Shown here piece after piece: positions 19,678-29,792 of a stretch of DNA of 64,000 bases. Each line of letters opens with the position of its first letter. Position 1 is the first letter of the stretch. This DNA is from a virus. The stretch is taken from the IMG/VR virus record IMGVR_UViG_3300029825_000749, positions 253-64,252 of that record; one strand, written 5' to 3'. Under the pieces are notes generated by a model. That model had not been told where the DNA came from, did no database searches, and worked only from the letters and a program-made list of their open reading frames with translations. Made by a program: the position numbers and the translations under genes.

Positions 19678-20164
19678 AAAAATAGATCAAAACACTAAAC
19701 ATTTCCAGAAAGGCAGTAAAATTTACAATGAAAACAATTATGGACAAATTTTATGGTTGTGTGGATTTGTAAAAACAAGCCTAAGTAATGCACTATTTGT
19801 TATAGGAGTCACCTTATTTTTTAATGGACTCACAAACGCCCCTGCTTTCAGGGGTTGGGAGTGGAGTGCTATGCTATTTGGAATAGCATCATTCATATTA
19901 GGCCTTGTAGTTATATATATGATTGATAAACGTCGTGAAACTCTTAAAAAAGAGGAATATGGACGAAGAGATGAAGATATTGACAAAAAAATAATAGATT
20001 CTCAACTCCAACAAGACTTAGATTTACATGGAATTGTTCAAGAAGCTGCAAAGGAAATGGTCAAAAAAGCAATGAAAGAAGAAATAGCAGAATTGAGGGA
20101 AGTAAACTGTGCAGACAAGAATGAGAAAGAATTGTCTAACTTCCAAAAAGATGTGCTAGAATGA
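19667..20164 (+). CDS. 2-TM membrane protein with coiled-coil C-terminus
   Basis: Hydrophobic segments at about aa 40-85. Confidence 0.55.
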   Translation: MGFKKIDQNTKHFQKGSKIYNENNYGQILWLCGFVKTSLSNALFVIGVTLFFNGLTNAPAFRGWEWSAMLFGIASFILGLVVIYMIDKRRETLKKEEYGRRDEDIDKKIIDSQLQQDLDLHGIVQEAAKEMVKKAMKEEIAELREVNCADKNEKELSNFQKDVLE

Positions 20165-20565
20165 ATAAGAGTAAATTTACAGAAGAACTGCAAAATGAAC
20201 TCATCGACAACTATGAAGCAGGATTACCTCTTACTTGGGCTTCTACAAAGGCCGGTGTAACTCGAAAAACTGTCTACGAATGGTTAAATAAGGGGAAAGA
20301 AGAACAAGAAGGAGAATATTACGATTTTTACATTAATATGCTAAGGGCTAGAGCAAGATTTGTAGCAGTACATCTTGCTGCCCTAAATGAAAGCACCTCT
20401 GATAAAACACACCGATACCTCCTTGAAGTAACAGATCCTGAAAACTTTGTAGTATCAAATAAATTAGAACATTCAGGGGGAGTTTCAAATACAAATATTG
20501 AAATAGATCCAGAGTTGCTTGATGAGATTATTGCAGAAAAAAAGAAGAAATATAGCAAAGAATGA
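20161..20565 (+). CDS. terS: Terminase small subunit
   Basis: HTH ASTKAGVTRKTVYEWL; overlaps the terL start. Confidence 0.8.
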   Translation: MNKSKFTEELQNELIDNYEAGLPLTWASTKAGVTRKTVYEWLNKGKEEQEGEYYDFYINMLRARARFVAVHLAALNESTSDKTHRYLLEVTDPENFVVSNKLEHSGGVSNTNIEIDPELLDEIIAEKKKKYSKE

Positions 20566-21947
20566 CACAAGAAGAAGATTTAGAGTATACAAGAACAGAT
20601 TTGTATGCTTTCTATCGATACTATGTTGCTAGAACATTTAAAGATAACCTACCTGCAACACACATTGATGTGCTTGCAGGAAAACTATTAGAATTATATC
20701 GGGGGGATTTTCATAGATTATGTGTAGCGATGCCTCCTCGACATAGTAAATCCAGTCTTATTACATTAGCATTTCCGCTATGGCTGATTTTTCATGATGC
20801 ATCACTGAATATTTTAATTGTGAATAATAGTGCAGCTTTATCAGAAAAATTTGGTATAGCCCTTCGAGAATTGATTAAAAAGTTTGGGAAAGAATTTAAT
20901 GTTTATTTATCTGATGTGAAATCTTCATCCACATATTTAATGTTCACAAAAGATGATGATGAATTATGTACAGGAAGTATAAGGTTGGTAGGTGCAGGAG
21001 GATCTATTACAGGGCAAGATGTAGATATGCTTATTATTGATGATCCTTACGAGGGTTTTAATGATATTACTCCTGGTCTTTTAGAGAAAAAGATTAATTG
21101 GTTTAAAACAATTATTGAGCAACGTATAGAACCCCAAACAAAACTAATACTTTTACACACACGTTGGAATAGTAATGACTTACAAGGATACTTAAAAGAA
21201 AATGAATCTGAAGATTATGAATTCATAAGTTTCCCAGCATTATACCCTGATGGTGAACCATTATGGCCTGAAAGATATACTAAAGAGGAATTAATTAAGA
21301 AGAAAGAATCTTTAGGTGAACGATTATTTAATGCTATTTACCAGCAAGAGCCATTAGATGATAAAGGTGATTTCTTTAATTTGAATAAGATTCATTGGGC
21401 AAAACCAGAAGATTATGAAATTGAAGAAAAATGTAGAGCATGGGATATAGCTTCATCTACAAATAATTCAAACGATTTCACAGTAGGAATAAAGATGGAG
21501 CGAACCAAAACTGGAAACTACATCATATCCGATATGGTTAGGGGTAAGTTTGGTGATGAAAATAAAAGTATGATACAGGATACAGCAGAAACAGATACGC
21601 CAAATACAACTATTACGATTGAAACAGGTGTAGCTGCTGCAGGAAAATTATTATTCCAAGAATGGGAAGAACAACTAGAAGGATTCTTAGTAGAAAGGGC
21701 GGAAGCTATAGGGAGCAAAATAGACCGTGCCACACCATTAAAGAATGCAATCTTGGATAAGAAAGTGTATATAAACATCTATGATGCTAAGGATAGGGAA
21801 AGTATGATACAAGAATTTAAAAGTTTTCCAGAAGGAAAGCACGATGATATAATAGATGCTTGTGCTCATGCTTACAATTACTTAGCATATGATGAAGATA
21901 ACGATTACACTCCAGGTTTTGCAGTAATACAATTAAATGGAAGGTGA
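20562..21947 (+). CDS. terL: Terminase large subunit
   Basis: MPPRHSKS Walker A, LIIDDP Walker B, RNase H-like AWDIAS ... HDDIIDA. Confidence 0.95.
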   Translation: MTQEEDLEYTRTDLYAFYRYYVARTFKDNLPATHIDVLAGKLLELYRGDFHRLCVAMPPRHSKSSLITLAFPLWLIFHDASLNILIVNNSAALSEKFGIALRELIKKFGKEFNVYLSDVKSSSTYLMFTKDDDELCTGSIRLVGAGGSITGQDVDMLIIDDPYEGFNDITPGLLEKKINWFKTIIEQRIEPQTKLILLHTRWNSNDLQGYLKENESEDYEFISFPALYPDGEPLWPERYTKEELIKKKESLGERLFNAIYQQEPLDDKGDFFNLNKIHWAKPEDYEIEEKCRAWDIASSTNNSNDFTVGIKMERTKTGNYIISDMVRGKFGDENKSMIQDTAETDTPNTTITIETGVAAAGKLLFQEWEEQLEGFLVERAEAIGSKIDRATPLKNAILDKKVYINIYDAKDRESMIQEFKSFPEGKHDDIIDACAHAYNYLAYDEDNDYTPGFAVIQLNGR

Positions 21948-21950
21948 ATT

Positions 21951-23132
21951 TTGGTAAATTTTATACAAAGAGTACAGAAAGCAGTAACAGATAGGATACC
22001 ATCTATTCGCCAACCAGCACCTCAAAGCTCTACAGAAAAATTCATGAACGAGTATGGATGGCTAATCAAACCTAAAAACAAAGGAGCAGGTGTAGGGTGG
22101 CATGTATACTATCAAGCAATGGATAATGTTTGGGTTAATGCTTGCATACAAACCTACATTGATGAAGTGATAAATTTAGGATTTACAATCAAAGATCCAG
22201 AGAAAAAATCACAAAATAAAACACATATTAACTATTTACAAGATTTATTCCATTATCCAATGGGGTACACCTCTTACGATACTTATGCAATGTATCAAAC
22301 TTTGATGTGGAAATCTTACCTGGGACTTGGTGATGCTTTCAGTGAAGTAATCTATGATTTCCAGTATTCAAATGTACCGATTGGTTTAAAACATATTCCA
22401 ACAGAATGGATGCAATACTACCCCGATACGGATCAATGGGGATTTCGTGCGGACACACACAGATTTGAAGAAGGTGAACTCATACATGTAAAAGATCCAG
22501 ATATTAGAGGTTCAGTATGGGGTGAATCTAAGATTGATGTTATAGCTAAAGATTTAACTATGGATATCCTTGGCCAAAACCATACTTTAGGAATACTTGA
22601 GAATGATGGTTTAGATCCATCAGGTGTAATTGAGTATGATAAAGATATCAAGCCACAAGTATGGGAGCGTGAACTTAAAAGATTAGAAGCTGATGCTCAA
22701 AATCATGGAAAAGGGACTATAATTTTGAAAGGTGCTAAATATAACCGTGCAGGTGTAAGTAACAGGGATATGGAGTACAGCAACTTGATGAACAATATCA
22801 GGGATAGAATTATAGCAACTTATGGTGTTCCGCCTGCTAAAGTGTCAATTATTGAAACTGCAAACCTTGGTTCTGGGTCTGGCAATAGTCAAGACAAACA
22901 ATTTAAAAAGGAATTGAAAGGTAAAGCTAAGAATTTTGAGGATGCTTTCACAAGAGTGATGGGAAAAGGAGAATTCCAAGAGATTTTTCAATATAATGAT
23001 TTAGATATTGAAGATAAATTACAAAGAGCACAAATTGAAGACATACAAATCAAAAATGGAAGCTTGACGATAAATGAAGTGAGAAGTGCTTATGGTAAAA
23101 ATCCTGTTGATTGGGGTGATGCCCCATTATGA
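21951..23132 (+). CDS. Portal protein
   Basis: After terL; IIATYGVPPAKV and LTINEVRSAYG motifs. Confidence 0.92.
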   Translation: MVNFIQRVQKAVTDRIPSIRQPAPQSSTEKFMNEYGWLIKPKNKGAGVGWHVYYQAMDNVWVNACIQTYIDEVINLGFTIKDPEKKSQNKTHINYLQDLFHYPMGYTSYDTYAMYQTLMWKSYLGLGDAFSEVIYDFQYSNVPIGLKHIPTEWMQYYPDTDQWGFRADTHRFEEGELIHVKDPDIRGSVWGESKIDVIAKDLTMDILGQNHTLGILENDGLDPSGVIEYDKDIKPQVWERELKRLEADAQNHGKGTIILKGAKYNRAGVSNRDMEYSNLMNNIRDRIIATYGVPPAKVSIIETANLGSGSGNSQDKQFKKELKGKAKNFEDAFTRVMGKGEFQEIFQYNDLDIEDKLQRAQIEDIQIKNGSLTINEVRSAYGKNPVDWGDAPL

Positions 23133-23215
23133 AGATTATACTAATTTTGAGGGGGTCGAGCCCATTGAAGTTTGAATAGGAAATCTAAAATAAGAAATAG
23201 AAGGATAAAAATTTT

Positions 23216-24532
23216 ATGGACAAAGATGAAATAAAACTAAAACAATTTAAAATCACATCACTCCTCAAAAAAGACATGCAAAAGGATGAAAAAGCAGAGT
23301 TAGAGGATGATGGTTCATTAATACTTCGAGGGGTTGCAAGTACAAATAGTCCTGATTTAGAAGGAGATGTTATTACTCGTGATTGTATTGCGAGCATGAA
23401 ACAACAAGCAGAACAACTAAACATCCATGCAGATCACATATACAACATGGACAATGTAATAGGAAATATTCTCCGAGTATGTGATACTGATGATTCTGTG
23501 CTCAAAATCGAATTCAAAATCATGCCAAGTTATGCTTACACTATAAAAGAATTCTTAGATACGGGAATAAATTTAGGTTTAAGTGTCGGAGGAATCATAA
23601 AAGATTACAAATCTGATTTCGATGATGACGGCAACTTTGTTGGTTGGACTATTAAAGATATACAATTATTAGAGGTCAGCTTAACACCTGTTCCTGCAAA
23701 CTGGGATACTTATGGTACTGTCGAAGCTAAAGATGAAGATGATGTGGTTAAAGCAAAATGTTTATCAGGTGCATGTAACTTGATACGAAAAGATGTTGAA
23801 AAAAATAATAAAGATAATAAAGATATTATGAAAACTGAAAAAGAAGAAACTGTGGAAATGACAAAAGAGATTGTCAAAGAAGCATTACAGGAAATGAAAA
23901 AGGCTGAAGAGTTTAAAGCAAATCAAGTCACCAAAGATTATGTTTCCAAAATGCTTGAAAAAGCAACAAAATCTATCAAGGATGATTTGATGAAACAAGT
24001 TACAAAACTTGTAAGTGAAAAAGAATTCGATAGTGAATCCTTTAAAAAGGACTTACTTGAAGAAATCAGCACTGAAGAAGAATTCGATGCTGATGCCTTT
24101 AAAAAGGACTTACTTGAAGAAATCAGCACTGATAAAATTGATATGACTGCTTTTAAGGAAAGTGTAATCAAAGAACTCACTAAAACCCAAGAACCAGAAG
24201 AAATCGAAGAAGTGAAAGAATTTGATGCAGAAGCTTTTAAAAAGGATTTACTTGAAGAAATCAGCACCCTACAAACCACCGATGTTGATGAACTTAAAAA
24301 ACAAATACATGAAGAAGTTGAATCTGAAATCTTAAAAGATTTAGGAGCAAAACGCGAACCAGAATCTGTTCAAAACACAAAAAACAAATCTGAAATTACA
24401 GAAGGAAACAAGATAGGAAAATTCAACCAACGTGTAATGAGCATAGAAGATATCAGTAATGAAATGTTCTCACAAAAGACTAAGAACAATCCATTCAAAC
24501 GAGTATACCAAGATATTCAAGATTCTAAATAA
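23216..24532 (+). CDS. HK97-type prohead protease with C-terminal scaffold domain
   Basis: LRGVAST, IHADH, GLSVGG, LLEVSLTPVPAN; acidic helical repeats in the C-terminal half. Confidence 0.9.
   Translation: MDKDEIKLKQFKITSLLKKDMQKDEKAELEDDGSLILRGVASTNSPDLEGDVITRDCIASMKQQAEQLNIHADHIYNMDNVIGNILRVCDTDDSVLKIEFKIMPSYAYTIKEFLDTGINLGLSVGGIIKDYKSDFDDDGNFVGWTIKDIQLLEVSLTPVPANWDTYGTVEAKDEDDVVKAKCLSGACNLIRKDVEKNNKDNKDIMKTEKEETVEMTKEIVKEALQEMKKAEEFKANQVTKDYVSKMLEKATKSIKDDLMKQVTKLVSEKEFDSESFKKDLLEEISTEEEFDADAFKKDLLEEISTDKIDMTAFKESVIKELTKTQEPEEIEEVKEFDAEAFKKDLLEEISTLQTTDVDELKKQIHEEVESEILKDLGAKREPESVQNTKNKSEITEGNKIGKFNQRVMSIEDISNEMFSQKTKNNPFKRVYQDIQDSK
24023..24268 (+). repeat. Scaffold repeats (EFD.E.FKKDLLEEIST) x3
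   Basis: Two copies 57 bp apart (24023, 24080) and a third at about 24218. Confidence 0.8.
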
Positions 24533-24554
24533 ATAGGAGAAATAAAATAATATT

Positions 24555-25514
24555 ATGTCAAGTTTAGAAGATTTAAAGACAGAATTTGCAACTAAAGAGC
24601 AAATACAAGAATTAGCAAAAGCAATGGCTACTACAAGTACTGCTAATGATATGATAACTGTTGAATATGATCCAGATTTACAAAAGAAAGTATTCCATAA
24701 AGCACCATTTCTTTCTTACTTAGAACAAAATGGATTAATCACATCTGCAGAATCATATGAAGTAGGATATAAGGTTAAAGAACAGAAAACCACTGCATCA
24801 TTTATTAATGAAGGTGAAGATATACCTGCACATGATCCTGCAGGTTTTAAGGCTGAAATAGCTAAAATGAAAACACTTGTTTATCCAATTGAAATGAGTG
24901 ATCTCCTACAAGCAGGTATGCCTGATTATGATATTTTCACAGATGAGGTTCAAGATGGTTTCCTTGATATGAGTCAAACCAAAGATATTAAATTACTCCA
25001 AGGAAATGAAACCAGTAATCCTAAAGAATTCACAGGATTTTTCAACACCATCCCCTCTGAAACTACTACAGATTTGAAAGGGGAAACAATTACTGTAGAT
25101 GCGATTGATATTGCAGCACAAGAAGTAATTGATAATGGAGGTAACCCTTCAGCAATCATCACAACTGCAAGTGTGGGAAGACAATTAAACAAACTCTTAA
25201 GTGATAAGTACAGATACTTAGACAAGTTAGAACTAACTTTTGGTGCAAGAGCAACAGCATATAATGCTCCAGATGGTAATCAAATACCTATTATCATAGA
25301 TCCAAACATAGATACTAAAACAAATGGTGAACAATTAGCATTTATTGATAATGATACTGTACGTATGAGAGAATTAGCACCTATTAGTTTAATTGAACTA
25401 GCTAAAACCAAATTAAGTACAAGTAAAGTATTATTTACCTGGTTCACATTCTATAATCGTGCAGGATACAGAAATGGTTATATTAAAAACATTGGATCTG
25501 ATATAACTCCCTGA
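24555..25514 (+). CDS. Major capsid protein (HK97 fold)
   Basis: Position after the protease; A.FINEGEDIP and DIKLLQGNET..PKEFTG patterns. Confidence 0.92.
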   Translation: MSSLEDLKTEFATKEQIQELAKAMATTSTANDMITVEYDPDLQKKVFHKAPFLSYLEQNGLITSAESYEVGYKVKEQKTTASFINEGEDIPAHDPAGFKAEIAKMKTLVYPIEMSDLLQAGMPDYDIFTDEVQDGFLDMSQTKDIKLLQGNETSNPKEFTGFFNTIPSETTTDLKGETITVDAIDIAAQEVIDNGGNPSAIITTASVGRQLNKLLSDKYRYLDKLELTFGARATAYNAPDGNQIPIIIDPNIDTKTNGEQLAFIDNDTVRMRELAPISLIELAKTKLSTSKVLFTWFTFYNRAGYRNGYIKNIGSDITP

Positions 25515-25806
25515 GGGCAATGAAGGTGCTGAGAGTAAAGGCACAGTAAGCATCACAGTAAATGATGGAACTACTGCAGTATCTGGTGCAAAAGTATTAC
25601 TTACAGATACAACAACAACTACTAAAACCTTTGAATCCAGTGCATCTGGAACAGCAGGAGGATGTAGTATAAGTGATGTACCTTATGGAACATACAAAGT
25701 AACTGTTTCAACAGTACCTTCCGGTTATACTGCAAAAACCAGTTATGATAATCTTATTGTAGATGCTGATACAGAAACATTAACAGTTGCATTAACTGCC
25801 TCATAA
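25507..25806 (+). CDS. Start-less Ig/prealbumin-like domain frame; predicted +1 frameshift extension of the capsid protein
   Basis: Open frame with no ATG/GTG/TTG, beginning under the capsid CCC TGA; EGNEGAESKGTVSITVNDGTTAVSGAKVLLTD...VPYGTYKVTVSTVPSGY...LTVALTAS. Confidence 0.85.
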   Translation, partial: LPEGNEGAESKGTVSITVNDGTTAVSGAKVLLTDTTTTTKTFESSASGTAGGCSISDVPYGTYKVTVSTVPSGYTAKTSYDNLIVDADTETLTVALTAS

Positions 25807-25854
25807 ATGGGGTAGTTAGTGCATTTTTTTTATGAAAAATGAGGGTAAAAGTAG

Positions 25855-26421
25855 ATGGTTGATATAGATTATGGTAAAATAAGAAAATATCTAAAAGCAA
25901 ACAAAGTAACAGATGAATATAATGATGAAGATCTAGCTAGTTTGTACACCTCTCACCTCAATTACATCCTTAGTACAGTAGGAATTAGCTTAAACGAACA
26001 AACACAACAAATAACTGATATAAACAATAGAAACTTTAACATTCCAAATTATTTATTACCTAATTACCCAGTGAAAGAAATTACAGTAGTGAAATTAGAT
26101 GATAAAGTTTTAGATCCTGAAGATTATTTTGTAGATAAACAGAATGGAATAATCCGATGGAAACAAGAACTAATTGGGAATGTACTAGAAATCACTTTTA
26201 TTACAGAACCAGATGAATTCATTATAAATTTAATTAGAACAATCCTTTTGGATATGATATTATACGATGCTTCCGACAACACTGATGAAATAAGCACAGT
26301 AAAAGAAGGAGATGTGAGTGTAACATACAATACAACAAACAGCACTGGAAACAGAATAAACACTAACATGAATGATTTGTTAGATGTAATCAATAGTGGA
26401 AAGGCAAGACTAATAAAGTGA
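25855..26421 (+). CDS. Head-tail adaptor/connector protein
   Basis: Position; STVKEGDVSVTY motif. Confidence 0.75.
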   Translation: MVDIDYGKIRKYLKANKVTDEYNDEDLASLYTSHLNYILSTVGISLNEQTQQITDINNRNFNIPNYLLPNYPVKEITVVKLDDKVLDPEDYFVDKQNGIIRWKQELIGNVLEITFITEPDEFIINLIRTILLDMILYDASDNTDEISTVKEGDVSVTYNTTNSTGNRINTNMNDLLDVINSGKARLIK

Positions 26422-26425
26422 TTGT

Positions 26426-26776
26426 ATGGTTTTTTTTCCAAATGAAACATTTGAATTATGGGAACCATACTTAAGTAAAAAGGATTATGATGAATACACT
26501 GGAGAATCCATAAAAAAATATGAATTTAAGGGAACTTGTCCTGCAGATTTTCAAACATTAACTCACTCTGATAGTAAAAGAGAGTTTGGAGAAATCTTAG
26601 AAGATTCATACAAAGCATACATCCCCCTCATAGCACCTATTACCCCTTACACCATTATACGGATTCAGGGAGAAGAAAGTACTTATAGTATTCGGGGAAC
26701 TCCTGTAAAAAATAATCATTTTCTCCATCATATAAAAGTCATCTTAGAAAAAGAGAGAATACCGAGCAGATTATGA
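26426..26776 (+). CDS. Head closure/stopper protein
   Basis: Position and size; MVFFPNE start. Confidence 0.7.
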   Translation: MVFFPNETFELWEPYLSKKDYDEYTGESIKKYEFKGTCPADFQTLTHSDSKREFGEILEDSYKAYIPLIAPITPYTIIRIQGEESTYSIRGTPVKNNHFLHHIKVILEKERIPSRL

Positions 26777-27120
26777 ATATTAATGTACAAATTTCACAGA
26801 GTTTAGAGCAAAAGTTAGATGCGCGATATGATGAAGTATTGAGTGATGCCCTAAATGAAGTGACAGATCAATTAGCAAGAGATATGCAGATGGAAGCTCC
26901 AGTTGATACAGGTTATCTTCAATCAAGTATAGCTGCTGAAACTGGTGGAACTACACAAAAAAGTGTCACTTGTGGGGCAGAATACTGGGTGTATGTGAAT
27001 TATGGAACATATAAAATGGCTGCTAACCCATTTGTTGATAGAGCAATAGCAAATATGGTTAGTACAGGTACAATCGATACTGCAATTATGAACGCTCTCA
27101 GGGCGCATAGTATAATATGA
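26773..27120 (+). CDS. HK97 gp10-like tail completion protein
   Basis: APVDTGYLQSSI...YVNYGTYKMAANPF signature. Confidence 0.88.
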   Translation: MNINVQISQSLEQKLDARYDEVLSDALNEVTDQLARDMQMEAPVDTGYLQSSIAAETGGTTQKSVTCGAEYWVYVNYGTYKMAANPFVDRAIANMVSTGTIDTAIMNALRAHSII

Positions 27121-27794
27121 ATATATGTGAACATACAATACTTGAAATCCTAAGAAACAATATCCTCTTTAATGGGGAAATTGTTCCAGTAATTGTAAGT
27201 AAAAGATTTAAGGATACCACTCCTTCTATCACCATTGAAACTACCACCACTAATCCTGTAAGTGAAAGATACTCGGATGTTTGGTTGTTGCCTTTAATTT
27301 CATCCCACCCTCTCTTTGATGGGACAGATCCTGAAAAATTGTATGCTCAAGAAGTAATTGTAACTGAGGAGCAAGCTACGATGAGAGTGAATGTTTGGGC
27401 AAATACTGAAAAGGAAAGACAAGACATCAAAGATGAGGTAAAACATCTTATCAATCAAGCATTAGCTTTCCATTACAAGTACTGTACAAATTTTAATAAG
27501 AAAACAGAAATCTGCAATACAACAAATGAAAAGTGCAAAGTGATTGATAATATTTCAAGTTTAGCAGTGAAAGGAAACTGCATAGAACCTGAAAAATACC
27601 AGTATGAATCTATTCTTAAAAAAAATAAGATCAAAAATGGTACAGTAGAAATCTATGCAGAATATGATCAAGATAATTATGATTTAAACCCCCCAATACT
27701 TAGAACAGTACTGAAAATGAAGATGACTTACTATGATTCCTACCAAAAAGGAGGATATGGAACTGAAGAATTTAACGTCGAAATGGATGTGTAA
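27117..27794 (+). CDS. Tail terminator/completion protein
   Basis: Position before the sheath gene. Confidence 0.6.
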   Translation: MNICEHTILEILRNNILFNGEIVPVIVSKRFKDTTPSITIETTTTNPVSERYSDVWLLPLISSHPLFDGTDPEKLYAQEVIVTEEQATMRVNVWANTEKERQDIKDEVKHLINQALAFHYKYCTNFNKKTEICNTTNEKCKVIDNISSLAVKGNCIEPEKYQYESILKKNKIKNGTVEIYAEYDQDNYDLNPPILRTVLKMKMTYYDSYQKGGYGTEEFNVEMDV

Positions 27795-27800
27795 AAAAGA

Positions 27801-28091
27801 ATGGAAGATGAAAAGAAAGTAGAAACAAAAGAAAAATCTCCTGTGAAGAAAAAGGAAAAAGTAGAGGAAAAACAATCTCTTGTAGATCTTGTTCAAAACT
27901 CACGTGAATCCAATTCCACAATTGTAGGAGCATTAGCATCAGCTGATTTGTACAACGAATATGTACAAGAAGTGAAAAACAAAGAATTAGGAATAAAATT
28001 ACCCTTAAAATATACAGAAAAAGATTTCGAGAAAATGATAACCGATTATTTAAACAAAGGTGCGAAGCTAATGATGAAAAAGGGAGAATAA
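27801..28091 (+). CDS. Hypothetical virion-module protein
   Basis: ORF between the terminator and sheath genes. Confidence 0.55.
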   Translation: MEDEKKVETKEKSPVKKKEKVEEKQSLVDLVQNSRESNSTIVGALASADLYNEYVQEVKNKELGIKLPLKYTEKDFEKMITDYLNKGAKLMMKKGE

Positions 28092-28097
28092 TTTTAG

Positions 28098-29348
28098 ATG
28101 GCAACAAAAAAAGTAAGTCCATATATAAGTTTAGGTGAAGAAGACACTAACCCCTTACTTGATGGATCTGGTAGTGAGATAGCAATATTCATAGGACCCT
28201 CAAGCAACCCCTCACCTACAACTATTACAAAAGATAGCTTAAAAAAATATGCAAAATATGCGAAAGCAGCAAAAACAGTAGAGGCTGGAGGATTAGGGTT
28301 AGATTCTAATATTGAAAACAACCCATTATTGCAGGTTGTGAAAGATTTCTTTGTAGAATCTGCAAAAACAAGTACAAATGATACTGGTGTGAGTTATTGT
28401 TATGCAATAGATTTAGGTAATGCACCTACAAATGCATTACTCCAATCTGCACTGGAATTATGCGTGATGAAACCTGAAATTACAGTAATAGCAATTACAG
28501 GATTAAAAAACACAACCGACAACACATACATCGGATTCAATTATGAATTCATGATGGCAACAGCACAATATCTCAAAGACCAACGTGATAAAACAAGATT
28601 ACAAATTGCCTATTTCCAAGCACCTGCAGATAAAACAGATGCAGACTTAATAAGCATGACAATGGGAAAACTCACAACAGATGGAAATAGAGATACTACA
28701 AACATTATTAGGAATAGTAGAATCAATATTGTAGAAAATAAGTACTTTGGAAGAACTATTGCAAGAATCTGTTTAACTCCATATTATGAGGAACCCGGAT
28801 ACAATTATTATCGTACAATAGAACCTGCAAGCACAGATGACGCAGTGGAATATTTCACAGAAAGAACACCAGATGAAGAAGACGCTTTATGTGAAGCTGG
28901 AATAATCTTTAACAGAGATGAAGAATACTTAGATCCAATACGTCCTTGTATCTGTTTAGCAACAAGTACAGCATATGCTTATGCAGATATGGATCGCCCA
29001 AACGATGCACTCCTACATGCAAGAAGAAATGCAGACCACCAATTACGTCAATTAGTTAAAATAGTAGCCATACAATTGAAACGTAATGAAACAAAAACTA
29101 ACATCAGATATGTGAAAAGTGATTGTGAATCCTACTTAGATACAGAGTACAAATCTGGTTATATACAATCTGATTATGGTGTTGAGATTACAGAAGCATT
29201 TGAAGATCCATATAAATTATATTTAAAAGCTAATATTACTCCGGTAAACAGTACACAAGCAATTATAATTAGTGCATATATTGGTTATCCTGCAGCAAGA
29301 GTATCTGATGAACTCACAAAGGTAGCAGCAACATCAGAGGAGGAATAA
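28098..29348 (+). CDS. Tail sheath protein
   Basis: 416 aa; starts SPYISLGE..AIFIG and ends ITPVNSTQAIII, sheath-like. Confidence 0.8.
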   Translation: MATKKVSPYISLGEEDTNPLLDGSGSEIAIFIGPSSNPSPTTITKDSLKKYAKYAKAAKTVEAGGLGLDSNIENNPLLQVVKDFFVESAKTSTNDTGVSYCYAIDLGNAPTNALLQSALELCVMKPEITVIAITGLKNTTDNTYIGFNYEFMMATAQYLKDQRDKTRLQIAYFQAPADKTDADLISMTMGKLTTDGNRDTTNIIRNSRINIVENKYFGRTIARICLTPYYEEPGYNYYRTIEPASTDDAVEYFTERTPDEEDALCEAGIIFNRDEEYLDPIRPCICLATSTAYAYADMDRPNDALLHARRNADHQLRQLVKIVAIQLKRNETKTNIRYVKSDCESYLDTEYKSGYIQSDYGVEITEAFEDPYKLYLKANITPVNSTQAIIISAYIGYPAARVSDELTKVAATSEEE

Positions 29349-29352
29349 GTAT

Positions 29353-29775
29353 ATGGTAACTACAGATACTAGTCAAGAATCACCATCATCCTATGACCTT
29401 GTAGAAGTACAATGTGAAGGTATAGGTAAAATTATTTGTAAAGGATTTAAATTCACCAAGAAAATCAAAGCAGATGGAAAAGAAGATTGCAGTAACTATG
29501 ATTACTATGATTGGATTTTATCTAATAGGACTTATGAATGGGAAATCACAGAACCAATGGATTATGATTGGTTCGATAGTCGATTTGATGAGCAAGTGAC
29601 AGATAAGAAAGGATTAGCAATCACAGGATATGCTGAAAACGATAGTAGTGAATGGATTCCTAAAGAAAAATTTTTAGGATGTATTATAACAGAAACCGGT
29701 CGTGAATTCAGTTCAGGGATTAAAAGAACAATAAAAGGAAGTGCATTAAGTGCACAAAACTTAAGCACTTCCTAA
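29353..29775 (+). CDS. Tail tube protein
   Basis: 140 aa, directly after the sheath gene. Confidence 0.75.
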   Translation: MVTTDTSQESPSSYDLVEVQCEGIGKIICKGFKFTKKIKADGKEDCSNYDYYDWILSNRTYEWEITEPMDYDWFDSRFDEQVTDKKGLAITGYAENDSSEWIPKEKFLGCIITETGREFSSGIKRTIKGSALSAQNLSTS

Positions 29776-29792
29776 ATTTTAAGGAGTTGTAG

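Noticed and set aside
23120-23175. Possible frameshift extension of the portal (+1 frame MPHYEDYTNFEGVEPIEV)
   Set aside because: Only about 17 codons, with no recognisable shift site (GCC CCA TTA TGA); could be chance or an indel.
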